DNA of 64,000 nucleotides from Candidatus Nanosyncoccus sp. (GTDB lineage Bacteria; Patescibacteriota; Saccharimonadia; Saccharimonadales; Saccharimonadaceae): NCBI GenBank assembly GCA_045641305.1, contig JAZUGS010000013.1, positions 421 to 64,420 of the forward strand, read 5' to 3'. Shown piece by piece: positions 1 to 9,395 of this stretch (position 1 is its first letter; each line of letters starts with the position of its first letter). The notes under the pieces were generated by a model. It saw only the letters and a program-made list of their open reading frames with translations, ran no database searches and was not told where the DNA came from. The position numbers and the translations under genes were made by a program.

Positions 1-843
1 AGGATTTTCGACTTCTTTCAAGCCTTTTTCATTCATCTCAAAAATTGCAACTTCATTGGTTCCCCCAAAACGATTTTTAACGGCACGAACAGTTTTAAAG
101 CCACCATAGCGATCGCCTTCAAAATTAAGAACTACATCTACTAAGTGCTCGAGAGTTTTTGGTCCAGCAAGGGTACCGTCTTTGGTAACATGTCCAACTA
201 TCACGACTGCCGTATCGGTAGCTTTAGCCGCGCGAATAATAAGGTTGCCACAGTTGGTAACTTGGCTAACCGTGCCGGGTGCGGAGGAGATTTCATCCAT
301 GGCGAGAGTCTGGATAGAGTCGACGATTACGAGGTCAAATTCGGCAGACTCGATAGTCTTTGCTATGTCATTGCCAGAGGTAGAGCTTGCAAAATTGAGT
401 TTTTCCGAATTGGCGCCTAAGCGCGCCGCGCGTAGCTTGACTTGCCCCGCAGATTCCTCGCCGGAAATATAAAGCACGGTTTTGGTTTTGGAAACTTCGG
501 CACAAATTTGCATGAGTAAAGTAGATTTTCCAATACCGGGCTGGCCTGCTAGCAAATTAACTGAACCTTGCAAGATGCCACCGCCTAGCACAGCATCTAA
601 ATCTTTGAAATTTGTCGCGAGACGAGCCTTAGCGTCTGATGGAATAATTGAGTTGAGCTTGACATAATCAAGCTTCTTGCCAGAGAGTTTTCCCTTTTCA
701 AGAGCAGATTTTTTGTCTGCGGAAATTTCGATAGCCTGTTCAACTAGCGAATTCCAAGCTTGGCAATTCGTGCATTGCCCAACCCACTTAGTAAAGCTAG
801 CACCACATTGTTGGCAGATAAAATTAGTTTTTGGTTTAGCCAT
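1..843 (-). CDS. radA: DNA repair protein RadA/Sms (5' part; runs off window start)
   Basis: Translated by hand because it is absent from the ORF track. It reads MAKPKTNFICQQCGASFTKWVGQCTNCQAW (C4 zinc finger), Walker A GQPGIGKS, then VIVDSIQT and the KNRFG motif. Confidence 0.95.
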   Translation of the reverse strand, partial: MAKPKTNFICQQCGASFTKWVGQCTNCQAWNSLVEQAIEISADKKSALEKGKLSGKKLDYVKLNSIIPSDAKARLATNFKDLDAVLGGGILQGSVNLLAGQPGIGKSTLLMQICAEVSKTKTVLYISGEESAGQVKLRAARLGANSEKLNFASSTSGNDIAKTIESAEFDLVIVDSIQTLAMDEISSAPGTVSQVTNCGNLIIRAAKATDTAVVIVGHVTKDGTLAGPKTLEHLVDVVLNFEGDRYGGFKTVRAVKNRFGGTNEVAIFEMNEKGLKEVENP

Positions 844-1247
844 AGTTTTATTGTATCACTTTTTTGCCTTGGGTGGCAAAGCGTCAGTTGATATAGACGC
901 TCTGCCTAGAAGGAGGAACAAGTGGCCACACATGATCTGTTTGACCACGAGGCGACGATAGCACGGCGAAAAATTTTTTGCAACCCCCTTTGCAAAAAAA
1001 TATCCGGTGTTTTTTCATGATAAGCCTAGACGGAATAGCAAAAAGCGGAAGTGGAATTGATTTCGTATTGTGGGGTTGCTAATGGCGACAACTTATGTAT
1101 TATAGATATCGGGTTGGAGATTTTTAATTTTCGAACATTATAGATCCTTCGTGTGAGGGGGATTTATAAATCGTGACAATTCTAGATAAGTTGGGTAAAG
1201 TCCCCCAAAGTTTAGTTAGATAAAAAACAAAAACTAAGGAGGATGCT

Positions 1248-1322
1248 ATGGAGATTGAATTTCATTTCAAACTTGTAGTGAAGCCTAAAATTAAAAAAGT
1301 TACCGTCCAACTAGAACGGTAA
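1248..1322 (+). CDS. 24-aa small peptide MEIEFHFKLVVKPKIKKVTVQLER, candidate type I toxin (copy 1)
   Basis: AAGGAGG SD lies 5 nt upstream. The promoter is TTGCTA-N16-TATTAT at about 1075-1102. A near-identical ORF is present at 18268-18342. Confidence 0.7.
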   Translation: MEIEFHFKLVVKPKIKKVTVQLER

Positions 1323-1352
1323 CCTAACCCAAACGATAGGTTTCTAGAGCCT
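1285..1352 (-). ncRNA. Candidate antisense (antitoxin) sRNA to copy 1 peptide mRNA
   Basis: A minus-strand TTTACT...TGaTAGAAT promoter at about 1358-1385 is followed by hairpin GATAGG/CCTATC, then terminator GTTACCGT-loop-ACGGTAAC plus a T6 tract. Confidence 0.6.
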
Positions 1353-1408
1353 ATCCATATCTACATTCTATCACTTCCTCCTTAAAAGTAAAGCACCATC
1401 AAGGCGCT

Positions 1409-1741
1409 TTACTTCTTTTGCGCAGTAATGTTAGCAGGGCGACCATAGTTGGGAATAATAATGTCAACTTTTTCGCCGAGATGATTATAGAGCGGAATAT
1501 TAAGCTCAGAAGCAAGCGCATTTACAACGGTGGCACCAATGCGGAGACCAGTAAACGAGCCTGGTCCACTCATAAAAGTGATTTCGGTGAGGTCTTGCCA
1601 GGTTTTACCATTTTCAGCAAGTTTATCGTGAATAAAAGCATGCAAATTTTCCGCTAAATCACGACCAGATTGCCAGCGATATTCATGGTCGTCCAATTTT
1701 AAGACCGTTTCGAACGTAGATGTATCAAGATACATTTTCAT
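1409..1741 (-). CDS. tsaB: tRNA threonylcarbamoyladenosine biosynthesis protein TsaB (short form)
   Basis: YLDTS and GPGSFTGLRIG motifs; adjacent to tsaE. Confidence 0.9.
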   Translation of the reverse strand: MKMYLDTSTFETVLKLDDHEYRWQSGRDLAENLHAFIHDKLAENGKTWQDLTEITFMSGPGSFTGLRIGATVVNALASELNIPLYNHLGEKVDIIIPNYGRPANITAQKK

Positions 1742-2139
1742 AGAATTATCTCCCTCGTGCCATCTTCATTGTAATTAATATGGATTTTGACACAGTCTTT
1801 CGGCAAAATGTCCTGAACAGAGTCCGCCCATTCTACAACCACCACTGCGGTGGGGTCAGAAATGGACTCATTTAAATCATCAAGCATAAGCCCTGGATCT
1901 TGAAGACGATAAAAATCGTAATGAATCAGTATCCCGCCAGCAAAAGCATATTCTTTTGAAATCGTAAAACTTGGGCTCGTGACAGGCTCCTTAACGCCAA
2001 GCCCCTGAGCCAAACCGCGCACAAAAGTAGTCTTACCGGCGCCAACATCGCCAATAAGTTCAATAACTGCCGGAGTGTGTATTCCCTTGGCAAACTCGGT
2101 AGCAAATTCGATCATCTCTTTTTCAGATGCAATTTTCAT
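1738..2139 (-). CDS. tsaE: tRNA threonylcarbamoyladenosine biosynthesis ATPase TsaE
   Basis: GDVGAGKTTF, SPSFTI, HYDFYRL and VVVEWAD motifs. Confidence 0.95.
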   Translation of the reverse strand: MKIASEKEMIEFATEFAKGIHTPAVIELIGDVGAGKTTFVRGLAQGLGVKEPVTSPSFTISKEYAFAGGILIHYDFYRLQDPGLMLDDLNESISDPTAVVVVEWADSVQDILPKDCVKIHINYNEDGTREIIL

Positions 2140-2153
2140 GGTAAAATTATAAC

Positions 2154-3365
2154 ATGAAAATTTATATTTCGGGAATTTCAGGAACTGGTATGGGGCCGCT
2201 AGCTTTGATGGCTAAAAATGCCGGCTTTGAGGTTGCAGGATCAGACCGCGCAGAGGGGGCAATTTTATCAGAATTAATACAGAATAAAATTGATGTAAAG
2301 ATAGGCGATCAGGATGGTAATTTTTTGAAAACAAAAATCAACGAGGGGTACGACTGGTTTGTGCATACTTCGGCTCTGCCAGAAGATCATCCAGAACTAA
2401 AACTAGCGCGCGAATATGGAATTAAGATTTCAAAACGAGACGAATTAACTGCTTTTCTCGTAGAAAAACTCGGGCTGAAAATGGTCGCCGTAGCTGGCAC
2501 ACATGGCAAGACAACTACTACTTCAATGATTGTTTTTGCCAGCTTAAAGCTTGGGCTACCCGTTTCTTATATTGTTGGTACAACTCTTGGATTTGCGCCA
2601 AGCGGCTCATATCGTCCTGGTGATAAATATTTCATCTACGAAGCGGACGAATATGATCGGAACTTTTTAAAATATCGTCCGTGGTTAGCGGTTTTGCCTT
2701 TTGTATCATATGATCATCCAGATGTTTACCCTACGCATGCGGATTATTTAGCGGCTTTTGAACAATTTAAATCGCAAAGTCAAAAAATTTTGGAAAATAT
2801 TCAAATTGATCAACGTATTAATTTGGCGGGAGAAGCGCGTAGACATGATGCAACATTGGCGCTTGCAGCAATCAAACTAATGGCCTCAGAAATTGATGAG
2901 GAGAAAATTGCATCAACACTAAATCAATTCCCTGGCGTGGGGCGTCGTTTTGAAAAAATATCAGACGGCATTTACACAGATTATGCGCATCACCCAGAAG
3001 AAATTGCCGCCACAATAGAAATCGCAAAAGAAGAAGCTAAAATTAAAAACAAGCGTGGTGTGATAGTAGTTTATCAACCGCATCAAAACACACGCCAGCA
3101 CGAAGTTATGAATGGCTACAAAGATTCATTCGTGGGAGCTGATAAGGTTTTTTGGTTGCCAACTTATTTAACCAGAGAGAACCCGGAACTTCCTGTTCTA
3201 ACTCCAGAAAACTTGATTACTAAAATGGACAATGCCGAAATTGCCGAGCCGGCAGAGTTAAATGACGCATTGGCAAACACGTTGAAACAATACCAAAAAG
3301 ATAATTATCTCGTGATTTTAATGACGGCGGGACCGGCCGATGGTTGGCTACGCACGATTTTTTAG
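2154..3365 (+). CDS. murC: Mur ligase, MurC/Mpl-like
   Basis: GISGTGMGPLA, VAGTHGKTTTT, EADEYDR, DYAHHPEEI and YQPHQ motifs. Confidence 0.8.
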   Translation: MKIYISGISGTGMGPLALMAKNAGFEVAGSDRAEGAILSELIQNKIDVKIGDQDGNFLKTKINEGYDWFVHTSALPEDHPELKLAREYGIKISKRDELTAFLVEKLGLKMVAVAGTHGKTTTTSMIVFASLKLGLPVSYIVGTTLGFAPSGSYRPGDKYFIYEADEYDRNFLKYRPWLAVLPFVSYDHPDVYPTHADYLAAFEQFKSQSQKILENIQIDQRINLAGEARRHDATLALAAIKLMASEIDEEKIASTLNQFPGVGRRFEKISDGIYTDYAHHPEEIAATIEIAKEEAKIKNKRGVIVVYQPHQNTRQHEVMNGYKDSFVGADKVFWLPTYLTRENPELPVLTPENLITKMDNAEIAEPAELNDALANTLKQYQKDNYLVILMTAGPADGWLRTIF

Positions 3366-4304
3366 TAGATAGCGTACAATTACCGGGACGAGCATCATCA
3401 AGAGGCAAAGAATACTAAATTGAATTAAGATTGAGGTGAGAATAGTGCGGCTACGATGCGGCCCAGTGACGGAAGTTTCACCAAGCGGAGTAGCAAAAGT
3501 ATCATCATAGGCCAAGGTAGTGTCTGGCGTCGTAATGGCGAGGTTGGTAAGTTTAAGGTTAAATGCTGAGGATGCGCTGTCGCGATTGGCGTGGAAAATA
3601 TGCAATGTGCCGCTATCGGGAAGCTGAGCGGCGGCAGTAATAGCCGGATGAATACCGCCAAGGTCTAAAATTAGGTTATCGTCAAGAAATACCCAAGTAT
3701 CATCATCGGCGGTAATTTCTAGAGAACTATTCCTAGAAGCCAGGAACGGAATCGAAAGATTCATAGTAAAAAGTTCGGTGTCTACTGGATGAAAATTGTC
3801 GGCGGTAAAAGCATACGCCCCGTCAGCAGTAGAATACAAAAGTTTAAACGTGCTTGATTTTTCTACACTTAGACCTTCGACAGCGTGAAACCAGCGAGTA
3901 AAATTGCTAAAATCAATTCCGCGATTTGGCAATTTTGCACCACCAGCACCAACGACCGGCAATAAATCTTCGCCAAGAGTCGCGCTAATAATTCCCTCCT
4001 CTAGTGAATCTTTTTCGTAACCGCACTTAGACCATTCAAATTGGCGATTGTTTAAAGCGACCCCCGAATACGTATCGTAAATATTCACGCATTCATCGGC
4101 AGTTTGAGTAAAATAAGTGACTGGCAACGAAATAGTTGAATTGGTGGCTGGGGTGGCACCTGCTAAAACAATATCTGTGGATACTTCATCGTTAATTGCA
4201 ACTTTGAAACTGGAAACCGAATTTACAATGGAGTAAAAAGATAGGCCAATAGCGGCGATAAACGCCGTTACCAAAATAACTTTGAAAACGGGAGATTTAG
4301 CCAT
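3348..4304 (-). CDS. Membrane-anchored fibro-slime/PA14-like domain protein
   Basis: ADDDTWVFLDDNLILDLGGIH matches the fibro-slime motif; hydrophobic segments at both termini. Confidence 0.65.
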   Translation of the reverse strand: MAKSPVFKVILVTAFIAAIGLSFYSIVNSVSSFKVAINDEVSTDIVLAGATPATNSTISLPVTYFTQTADECVNIYDTYSGVALNNRQFEWSKCGYEKDSLEEGIISATLGEDLLPVVGAGGAKLPNRGIDFSNFTRWFHAVEGLSVEKSSTFKLLYSTADGAYAFTADNFHPVDTELFTMNLSIPFLASRNSSLEITADDDTWVFLDDNLILDLGGIHPAITAAAQLPDSGTLHIFHANRDSASSAFNLKLTNLAITTPDTTLAYDDTFATPLGETSVTGPHRSRTILTSILIQFSILCLLMMLVPVIVRYLLKNRA

Positions 4305-4342
4305 TGATTTTAGTATAAGCCCTTTTTGTCAAAAATGCAACA

Positions 4343-4693
4343 TTATTCCGTATCATCTTCTGGGATACCGAGGGAGCTATCAGACATGGAATCTGGATCG
4401 AATGGACGTTTAAAGTCCTCGAGTGATTTGATCTCTACGCGAAGCTGTTTGAGGTATTCATCAAGCGTTTCCGCATCGATTGGACCCGTCTCGGAAAAAA
4501 TATAATTTTCTTGATTATCTTTGTTCTCTTCTTTCTCAATTTCCTCCTCATCTGGTAAAAATCCGGGACGTGAGCGGTCGAGATAAATGTCACCAGAGGA
4601 ATGATAGACCGCAAGCGAAACGCCAGTTGTGGTGACAGCAATAAGCAACGAAGCTACACCGAGAATAACAAGGTTACGGCCACCACGCGTCAT
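4343..4693 (-). CDS. Hypothetical membrane-anchored protein
   Basis: 116-aa ORF with an N-terminal TM segment; overlaps the upstream ORF as in an operon. Confidence 0.7.
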   Translation of the reverse strand: MTRGGRNLVILGVASLLIAVTTTGVSLAVYHSSGDIYLDRSRPGFLPDEEEIEKEENKDNQENYIFSETGPIDAETLDEYLKQLRVEIKSLEDFKRPFDPDSMSDSSLGIPEDDTE

Positions 4694-5187
4694 AGATTCT
4701 CCTTCACCGTTTCGACAGCTTTAATGTGTGTCGAGATGAGGCTTTTGAGCCTGGTGACGTCTTTTGCCATAGTTTCACGCTTTTCGCGCACAATCTTGAG
4801 TTTATCATAGAAAGTGGCAGGCTCAGTTTTGCAATTAATAGCGAGTAACTCCTCAAGGGATTTTTGATAGTCGATAAAATCATCGGTAAAATCTTCCCTA
4901 GCGGTAGCAAAAGACGACTGGATATTGGTGAGTTCAGCATCGGAGAGATTATTTTTGATGAGACGAAGATTAAGTGGAATGATAAATTTACTTAAAAATT
5001 TTTCATAATAACCACCAAGATATACCCTGGTGCGAGAATCCTGGCTTTGGATGGTCTTGAGCGTATTATGAATCGAGGTGCAGCCATCAGAAATCGCGCT
5101 AGTTTGTTCTTTAGTAATAGCAGAAACTGGAGCAGTAGCCATGCATGTGATAATCGTAGCAAAAACAGTGAAGAGTTTTAATCTCAT
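4690..5187 (-). CDS. Hypothetical secreted coiled-coil protein
   Basis: 165-aa ORF with a signal peptide and helical heptads. Confidence 0.7.
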   Translation of the reverse strand: MRLKLFTVFATIITCMATAPVSAITKEQTSAISDGCTSIHNTLKTIQSQDSRTRVYLGGYYEKFLSKFIIPLNLRLIKNNLSDAELTNIQSSFATAREDFTDDFIDYQKSLEELLAINCKTEPATFYDKLKIVREKRETMAKDVTRLKSLISTHIKAVETVKENL

Positions 5188-5238
5188 ATAATTATGATAT
5201 CATGATTTTTATAAATTGGGATTTAAATCTGGATAACG

Positions 5239-5766
5239 TTATTTAGAATGTAGTTCTGGCCATTTTCTTCTAGAAAAATCATCACCTTGATTGCTGAACA
5301 TCGCTACGGTCCTGGATACAGAATTTTCCCATGCTTCGTCGCCGCGTGATCGTTGTTTTATGTAATCAATACATTCGTCAATACTTTGACCATCTTCAAG
5401 CCGTTCCATTGCGCTCATTGCTGTCATATCAATTGCTACTGCTGCAGGATTTTTTCTGTCAAGGTGTGCGAGCCAACGATTATATTTTTCATCATCTTCA
5501 ATAATGTTTTCTCCTTGGGTACTAAGATAATTGACTCGAAGTACCGTCTTGATGGCCTCAGCAGCATCACGGCTTTTTTCACCAGAATTTTCCTGTCTTG
5601 TCACATCCCAGAATTCTTCTTCGAATTTCTCTCTTGTTTCATGCATTTTACGAATTTTTTCACCTTTAAATTCTGGGATACCATCTCCATAGTATTCGCG
5701 AGCTACATCCTGCGGATTCGGTGCGGAATCAGTCTCACTACATCTATTGGTTTCAATATTTTCCAT
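5239..5766 (-). CDS. Hypothetical protein
   Basis: 175-aa ORF preceded by a CAGGAGG SD. Confidence 0.65.
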   Translation of the reverse strand: MENIETNRCSETDSAPNPQDVAREYYGDGIPEFKGEKIRKMHETREKFEEEFWDVTRQENSGEKSRDAAEAIKTVLRVNYLSTQGENIIEDDEKYNRWLAHLDRKNPAAVAIDMTAMSAMERLEDGQSIDECIDYIKQRSRGDEAWENSVSRTVAMFSNQGDDFSRRKWPELHSK

Positions 5767-5798
5767 ATACCTCCTGTTTACCAGTATTATATCACGAG

Positions 5799-6977
5799 TT
5801 ATTTAATTTTTTCGAAATCTACATCGGTAACATCATACCTTTGATGATTTGAGGTGAAAGTGAGGATTTTGCGGGAGAGCCAGCCAACGGCAGCGAGGAT
5901 GAAGAAGTAAATGAGACCGAACAAAGTAAATTCCGGTTCGGATTCTTGAAAGAGTCCAAGGATAGCGGCACCGGCACTCATGGAGGTGACGATAGTGAGG
6001 CTATCAACGGATTTACTGGTAATGTCTTCCTTGAGGCTGTCGAACTGCTTTTGAGCAGCCACGACATAATTCTGCGTCATTTCCCATAGATATTGGACAT
6101 ATTGCAAAGTATCACTCAAAGTCTCATATCTATAACCAGAAATCTCTAAGAACTCTGTCAAGCCTTTATCACCTTTGGCAATCTTTTCGCGAGTAGGAAG
6201 ATAAGTGCCCATTTGTTTAATGCGACCATCGATTAGGTTGATGGTTTTGGCGTAGCCTTCGAGTTTGGTCGCGAATTTGACGATTTCAGACCCTTTCACT
6301 TTAGTATAGGCTTTCACGTCATCGATCTTCTCCCAAACGATTCGATGGATGTTGAGATAGCGATGAAGTTGGCCTTTAAATTCACGAATAAAAATCTGCT
6401 CTTCGATATAGCGTTCAATTTTATCGATGGAATTTGATTTATCATTAACGAAATAATATTTGTCACCGCGAACAACATCATATTTGTCATTTTTGAACTC
6501 GAAATATTTTTGCTTTTCGGTTTTAACAAGCAATTGTTCGATGTCTGATTTGGTGGCATGATCGCAGACGACAAAATATGGATAGATGTTTTCAATACTG
6601 GCAAGTTCTTTGGGGATTGGGGCACCGAGACTGAAAAGATAGTTGATGGCTGGAGATAAATGGTGTTCATAATAATCTTGAACTTTGTCTATGTCTGCAA
6701 GGAGGGTTTCTTCACTAACGGTTTTGTTATTGAGGATAATAAGACCGTCTTCAAATATTTTAACGTCTATACCAAAAGCCGTAGAGAATTTGATATATTC
6801 TTCACCGCATACGCCATAATCTATGCTCCCGATGGCCAAGTTTTTACGCAGCTCGTCCAGTTTCTTTTGGTTTAATTTTAGACCGCTTCTACCATCACGC
6901 AAGAAATCGTAGATTTCGGAAAGTTGTAACATGGTACGTTGAAACCACCCGCCGATATAAACATTGCTAATTTTCAT
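5799..6977 (-). CDS. Hypothetical membrane protein with CorA-like topology
   Basis: Large soluble N-terminal domain plus two C-terminal TM helices; AAGGAGG SD. Confidence 0.55.
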   Translation of the reverse strand: MKISNVYIGGWFQRTMLQLSEIYDFLRDGRSGLKLNQKKLDELRKNLAIGSIDYGVCGEEYIKFSTAFGIDVKIFEDGLIILNNKTVSEETLLADIDKVQDYYEHHLSPAINYLFSLGAPIPKELASIENIYPYFVVCDHATKSDIEQLLVKTEKQKYFEFKNDKYDVVRGDKYYFVNDKSNSIDKIERYIEEQIFIREFKGQLHRYLNIHRIVWEKIDDVKAYTKVKGSEIVKFATKLEGYAKTINLIDGRIKQMGTYLPTREKIAKGDKGLTEFLEISGYRYETLSDTLQYVQYLWEMTQNYVVAAQKQFDSLKEDITSKSVDSLTIVTSMSAGAAILGLFQESEPEFTLFGLIYFFILAAVGWLSRKILTFTSNHQRYDVTDVDFEKIK

Positions 6978-7518
6978 TTTCCTCCTTTTTCGATTTCTTT
7001 AGCAAAGAATTTACAGTCAACAACTTCGAAGCCGTATTTTTTATACATAGCATGAGCAGCTGTACGAAAATTAAGTGACCAAAGCTCAACTTTTTTACAG
7101 CCACGGGATTTGGCAATAGCAAAACAATGGTCAAGAAGCTTGGTGCCGATGTGTGCCCGGCGAAATTCTGGTTTGACACAAATGTGATTTAAGATTGCAT
7201 AGGTACCCATTTCGTCATAGATCGTGGGAATAATAGTTATTTTGGCATGGGCAACTATTTGACCGTCCAGTTCGCCGATGAGGTAAATTTGGTTGTCGTC
7301 ATATTCGTATTTACGGAATATTTTCTTAGCTTCAGTCATTTTTGTGTTGTCACCAAAAACCTCGTTAGTAAGCTTGATGATGCCCGGTAAGTCTGCGACG
7401 TTGGCGGTGCGAAATCGGATAGGATGTGGATTAGATTGTGGATTTCTGGTTATACCCCCCCCTGCGGGGTGGAAATCATGGGGTTGCCAAGTGGGTTTTG
7501 GGTATTCTGTGGATCCAT
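6974..7518 (-). CDS. GNAT N-acetyltransferase with a frameshift at a G8 tract (7455-7462)
   Basis: The GNAT core is AILNHICVKPEFRRAHIGTKLL. That frame extends upstream through IRFRTANVADLPGII with no start codon, while the ATG at 7518 sits after a TGcTATAAT box but is out of frame. Confidence 0.75.
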
Positions 7519-7554
7519 TGTACTAGTTATTATAGCACAAGCATTTTACAAATA

Positions 7555-8781
7555 CTAGTTACGTTTTAACATCACCGTAAAGGCTTCGGAAGGAATGTCA
7601 ATTTTGCCAAAACGTTTCATGCGGGCTTTGCCGCGTTTTTGTTTTTCGAGAAGTTTAGCTTTACGATCGCGATCTCCAGTATGAATTTTTACCGTAACGT
7701 CCTTACGATAGGCGCCAATAGTTTCACGCGCAATAATACGAGCGCCCACAGCGGCTTGCAAAGCAACTTCAAAATTCTGACGAGGAATAACTTCCTTTAA
7801 TTTCTTAGTGATGTCGCGACCAATTGCGTCGGCCTCGGTGCGATGACACATGACGCTGAGTGCATCAATTTTGTTTCCGGCGACAAGAAAATCTACCCTC
7901 ACAAGATCCTCGGATCTGTAACCATTTAGCTCGTAGTTAAAAGAAGCGTAGCCAGAGGTTGCAGATTTTAATTGATCATAAAAATCGGTCAAAAGGTTTG
8001 CCATTGGTGCTTCAAAATCAATTACGGCACGGTCCTCAATATAACTAAGGTTAGTTTGATGACCGCGTTTTTCGTTAATTAGACTTAAAACATTGCCAAT
8101 CATATTTTGTGGCAAGATAATTTCCCCTTTTACCCAAGGCTCTTTAATCTCAGCAACATTGGAAATATCTGGCAAATCGGCGGCAGATTTAATCTCGAGT
8201 TCTTCACCACTATTCATGATGACTTGATAATTGGTAGATGGATTCGTAATGATAAGGTCAAGTTTAAACTCGCGCTCGAGACGTTCCTTTATAATGTCCA
8301 TATGCAGAAGTCCCAAGAAACCAATACGAAGGCCAAAGCCAAGAACGGGAGAATTTTCCGGCTCAAATCTAAGTGCAGAATCACTAAGTGAAAGTTTCTC
8401 TAGCGCCTCCTTCAAATCTTTATATTGGTCATTTGAAACTGGGAAAAATCCAGCATAAACAAATGGCAACACGTCTTTGTATCCAGGAAGCGGAGCTGCT
8501 GCTGGTGTTTTTGCCAAGGTTACAGTATCACCAACCTTAGCTTCACGTGTGGTTTTAAGATTGGTTACAATGTAGCCAATTTCGCCTTCACCTAGCGTAC
8601 TTTTTGGAGTCATTTTAGGAGTTAAGACCCCAACTTCCAGAGCTAAACCATTTTTTTCGGCAGCCATCATACGAATTTCTGCATTTTTTGGAATTTCACC
8701 TTCAAAAATTCGAACATAGAGGACAACTCCGCGATAGTCGTCGAAATAAGAATCGAAAATAAGTGCTTTGGTCTCTGTCAT
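7555..8781 (-). CDS. lepA: Elongation factor 4 (LepA), C-terminal part (domain II to CTD)
   Basis: KALIFDSYFDDYRGVV, GFGLRIGFLGLLHMDII, IPRQNFEVALQAA and KRGKARMKRFG. It has its own TGtTATAAT-N7-ATG start. Confidence 0.92.
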   Translation of the reverse strand: MTETKALIFDSYFDDYRGVVLYVRIFEGEIPKNAEIRMMAAEKNGLALEVGVLTPKMTPKSTLGEGEIGYIVTNLKTTREAKVGDTVTLAKTPAAAPLPGYKDVLPFVYAGFFPVSNDQYKDLKEALEKLSLSDSALRFEPENSPVLGFGLRIGFLGLLHMDIIKERLEREFKLDLIITNPSTNYQVIMNSGEELEIKSAADLPDISNVAEIKEPWVKGEIILPQNMIGNVLSLINEKRGHQTNLSYIEDRAVIDFEAPMANLLTDFYDQLKSATSGYASFNYELNGYRSEDLVRVDFLVAGNKIDALSVMCHRTEADAIGRDITKKLKEVIPRQNFEVALQAAVGARIIARETIGAYRKDVTVKIHTGDRDRKAKLLEKQKRGKARMKRFGKIDIPSEAFTVMLKRN

Positions 8782-8855
8782 TTTATATATTATAACACTT
8801 TTTCCATCGACCACAAATACCCCTTATATTTTAACGGTTATGTTATAATTATGAT

Positions 8856-9395
8856 ATGGATAATTTGGTATTCCTAATCATCGCAATAATCACTTTATTA
8901 TTTGGCCTAGCATTTTTGAGCTGGGGCATCTATCAGATTAAGACTGGCAAAATGGTTGCGAAGCGCGCCAAAAACCCCGTTGATGAACCAAAGCAAGTCG
9001 GTATGCTATTTATTTATGTAAGCCTAGTTGGTTTTTGGCTAACTTATATATTTATGATCGCTTTTCTCTCAGCGGATCCTGCACCAGCAATCAGTATCAT
9101 TTTTATGGCAATCAGTGCTGGCTTTGTGATGACGGCAGCAATTTATGGTTTAATAAGAAAACGGATTTTTGGGCTTAAAAATACCGTCAAAGTCGCTAAA
9201 AATGTACGCAAACACTACGCAACGGTGAACGTTGCTACGCTTATTATGGTACTAGCCTTTTTGACGCTGTTCTCTAATGTTGTAGTCTCTAGAGCAAATA
9301 CTTTTATTCCAGTCGTATTGGCTGGAATTATCCTTTTAGCTGCTTTCACGATTGTGTTTTTATTAGTCAAAATTAGACAAGATTCTAGAAAATAG
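8856..9395 (+). CDS. Multi-pass membrane protein inserted between the lepA halves
   Basis: 179 aa with about 5 TM helices; leaderless TGtTATAAT-N6-ATG start. Confidence 0.8.
   Translation: MDNLVFLIIAIITLLFGLAFLSWGIYQIKTGKMVAKRAKNPVDEPKQVGMLFIYVSLVGFWLTYIFMIAFLSADPAPAISIIFMAISAGFVMTAAIYGLIRKRIFGLKNTVKVAKNVRKHYATVNVATLIMVLAFLTLFSNVVVSRANTFIPVVLAGIILLAAFTIVFLLVKIRQDSRK

Noticed and set aside
145-961. Plus-strand ORFs in the track at the window start
   Set aside because: They are antisense shadows of radA.
1021-1036. GCCTAGGC box as an SOS/LexA operator because it precedes radA
   Set aside because: No copy is present upstream of recA (16311-16395), and it does not match LexA boxes I know.
7340-7530. 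Apparent intergenic GC-rich stretch as an ncRNA (RNase P or tmRNA-like)
   Set aside because: It translates as the missing GNAT N-terminus, and no conserved RNA signatures were recognised.
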